Source: Octopus vulgaris (lineage: Eukaryota). Taken from it: a stretch of 64,000 nucleotides of DNA. Each line of letters starts with the position of its first letter. Positions within the stretch are counted from its first letter, which is position 1. The translations under genes were made by a program, and so were the position numbers. Under the pieces are notes generated by a model. That model did no database searches, was not told the DNA's origin, and saw nothing but the letters and a program-made list of their open reading frames with translations. Location: contig OX597820.1 of the NCBI GenBank assembly GCA_951406725.2, positions 4,464,001 through 4,528,000 of the forward strand. Reading direction: 5' to 3'. Of the stretch, positions 63,571-64,000 are shown piece after piece.

Positions 63571-63628
<58 letters not shown>

Positions 63629-63711
63629 CACATATACACACACATATATATATATACACACATACACATATATATACACACACATCTATATATGTACATA
63701 TATATATGTAC

Positions 63712-63761
<50 letters not shown>

Positions 63762-63875
63762 ACACACACATTGCATTCTATTTGTATAGACAGATGTAAA
63801 CACGTTGTCTTTGTAGACATGTATATACTCACATACATACACATGCATGCATACATACGTGTGTGTGTGTGTATA
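63470..63875. repeat. (TA)n/(CA)n compound microsatellite
   Basis: Directly visible. Confidence 0.95.
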
Positions 63876-64000
63876 TTTAGCCCACACCATTTGTATAGAC
63901 GCAGATATAGGAACCTACTTTATTGATAATATGCTTATAGACAGAAAAAGAAGGATCTCTTAGGATTTCATCTGTGACTGGGTCCCCTCTTTAACTGCAC

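Overview
Animal (eukaryotic) genomic DNA with no recognisable host gene. The SINE/RTE families and microsatellite density look like an Octopus genome (inference from recall, not a search). 1-28.8 kb and 59.9-64 kb are a nested graveyard of RTE, CR1-group, Tx1/L1, R4/Dong and Penelope-like retroelements, at least four tRNA-derived SINE families, three non-autonomous Helitrons, mariner and maT-type DNA transposons and microsatellites. 28,771-59,782 is a ~31 kb satellite of a 20-bp unit (GTCATACGGGATGAGGAGAG) that ends at a 100-N gap. Main observations: (1) the satellite begins in frame inside a Tc1/mariner (maT-like) transposase gene and appears to be an amplified 20-bp piece of its coding sequence; (2) it has nested higher-order periods of ~1.25, ~5.6 and ~11.3 kb; (3) several minimal hammerhead ribozymes occur at Penelope-like ends, one at the axis of a ~440-bp palindrome; (4) two SINE families share 3' tails with LINEs present in the same window (Tx1/L1 and CR1-group); (5) a fixed-spacing ACGTCA-N12-CCAAT array lies downstream of a Penelope ORF.
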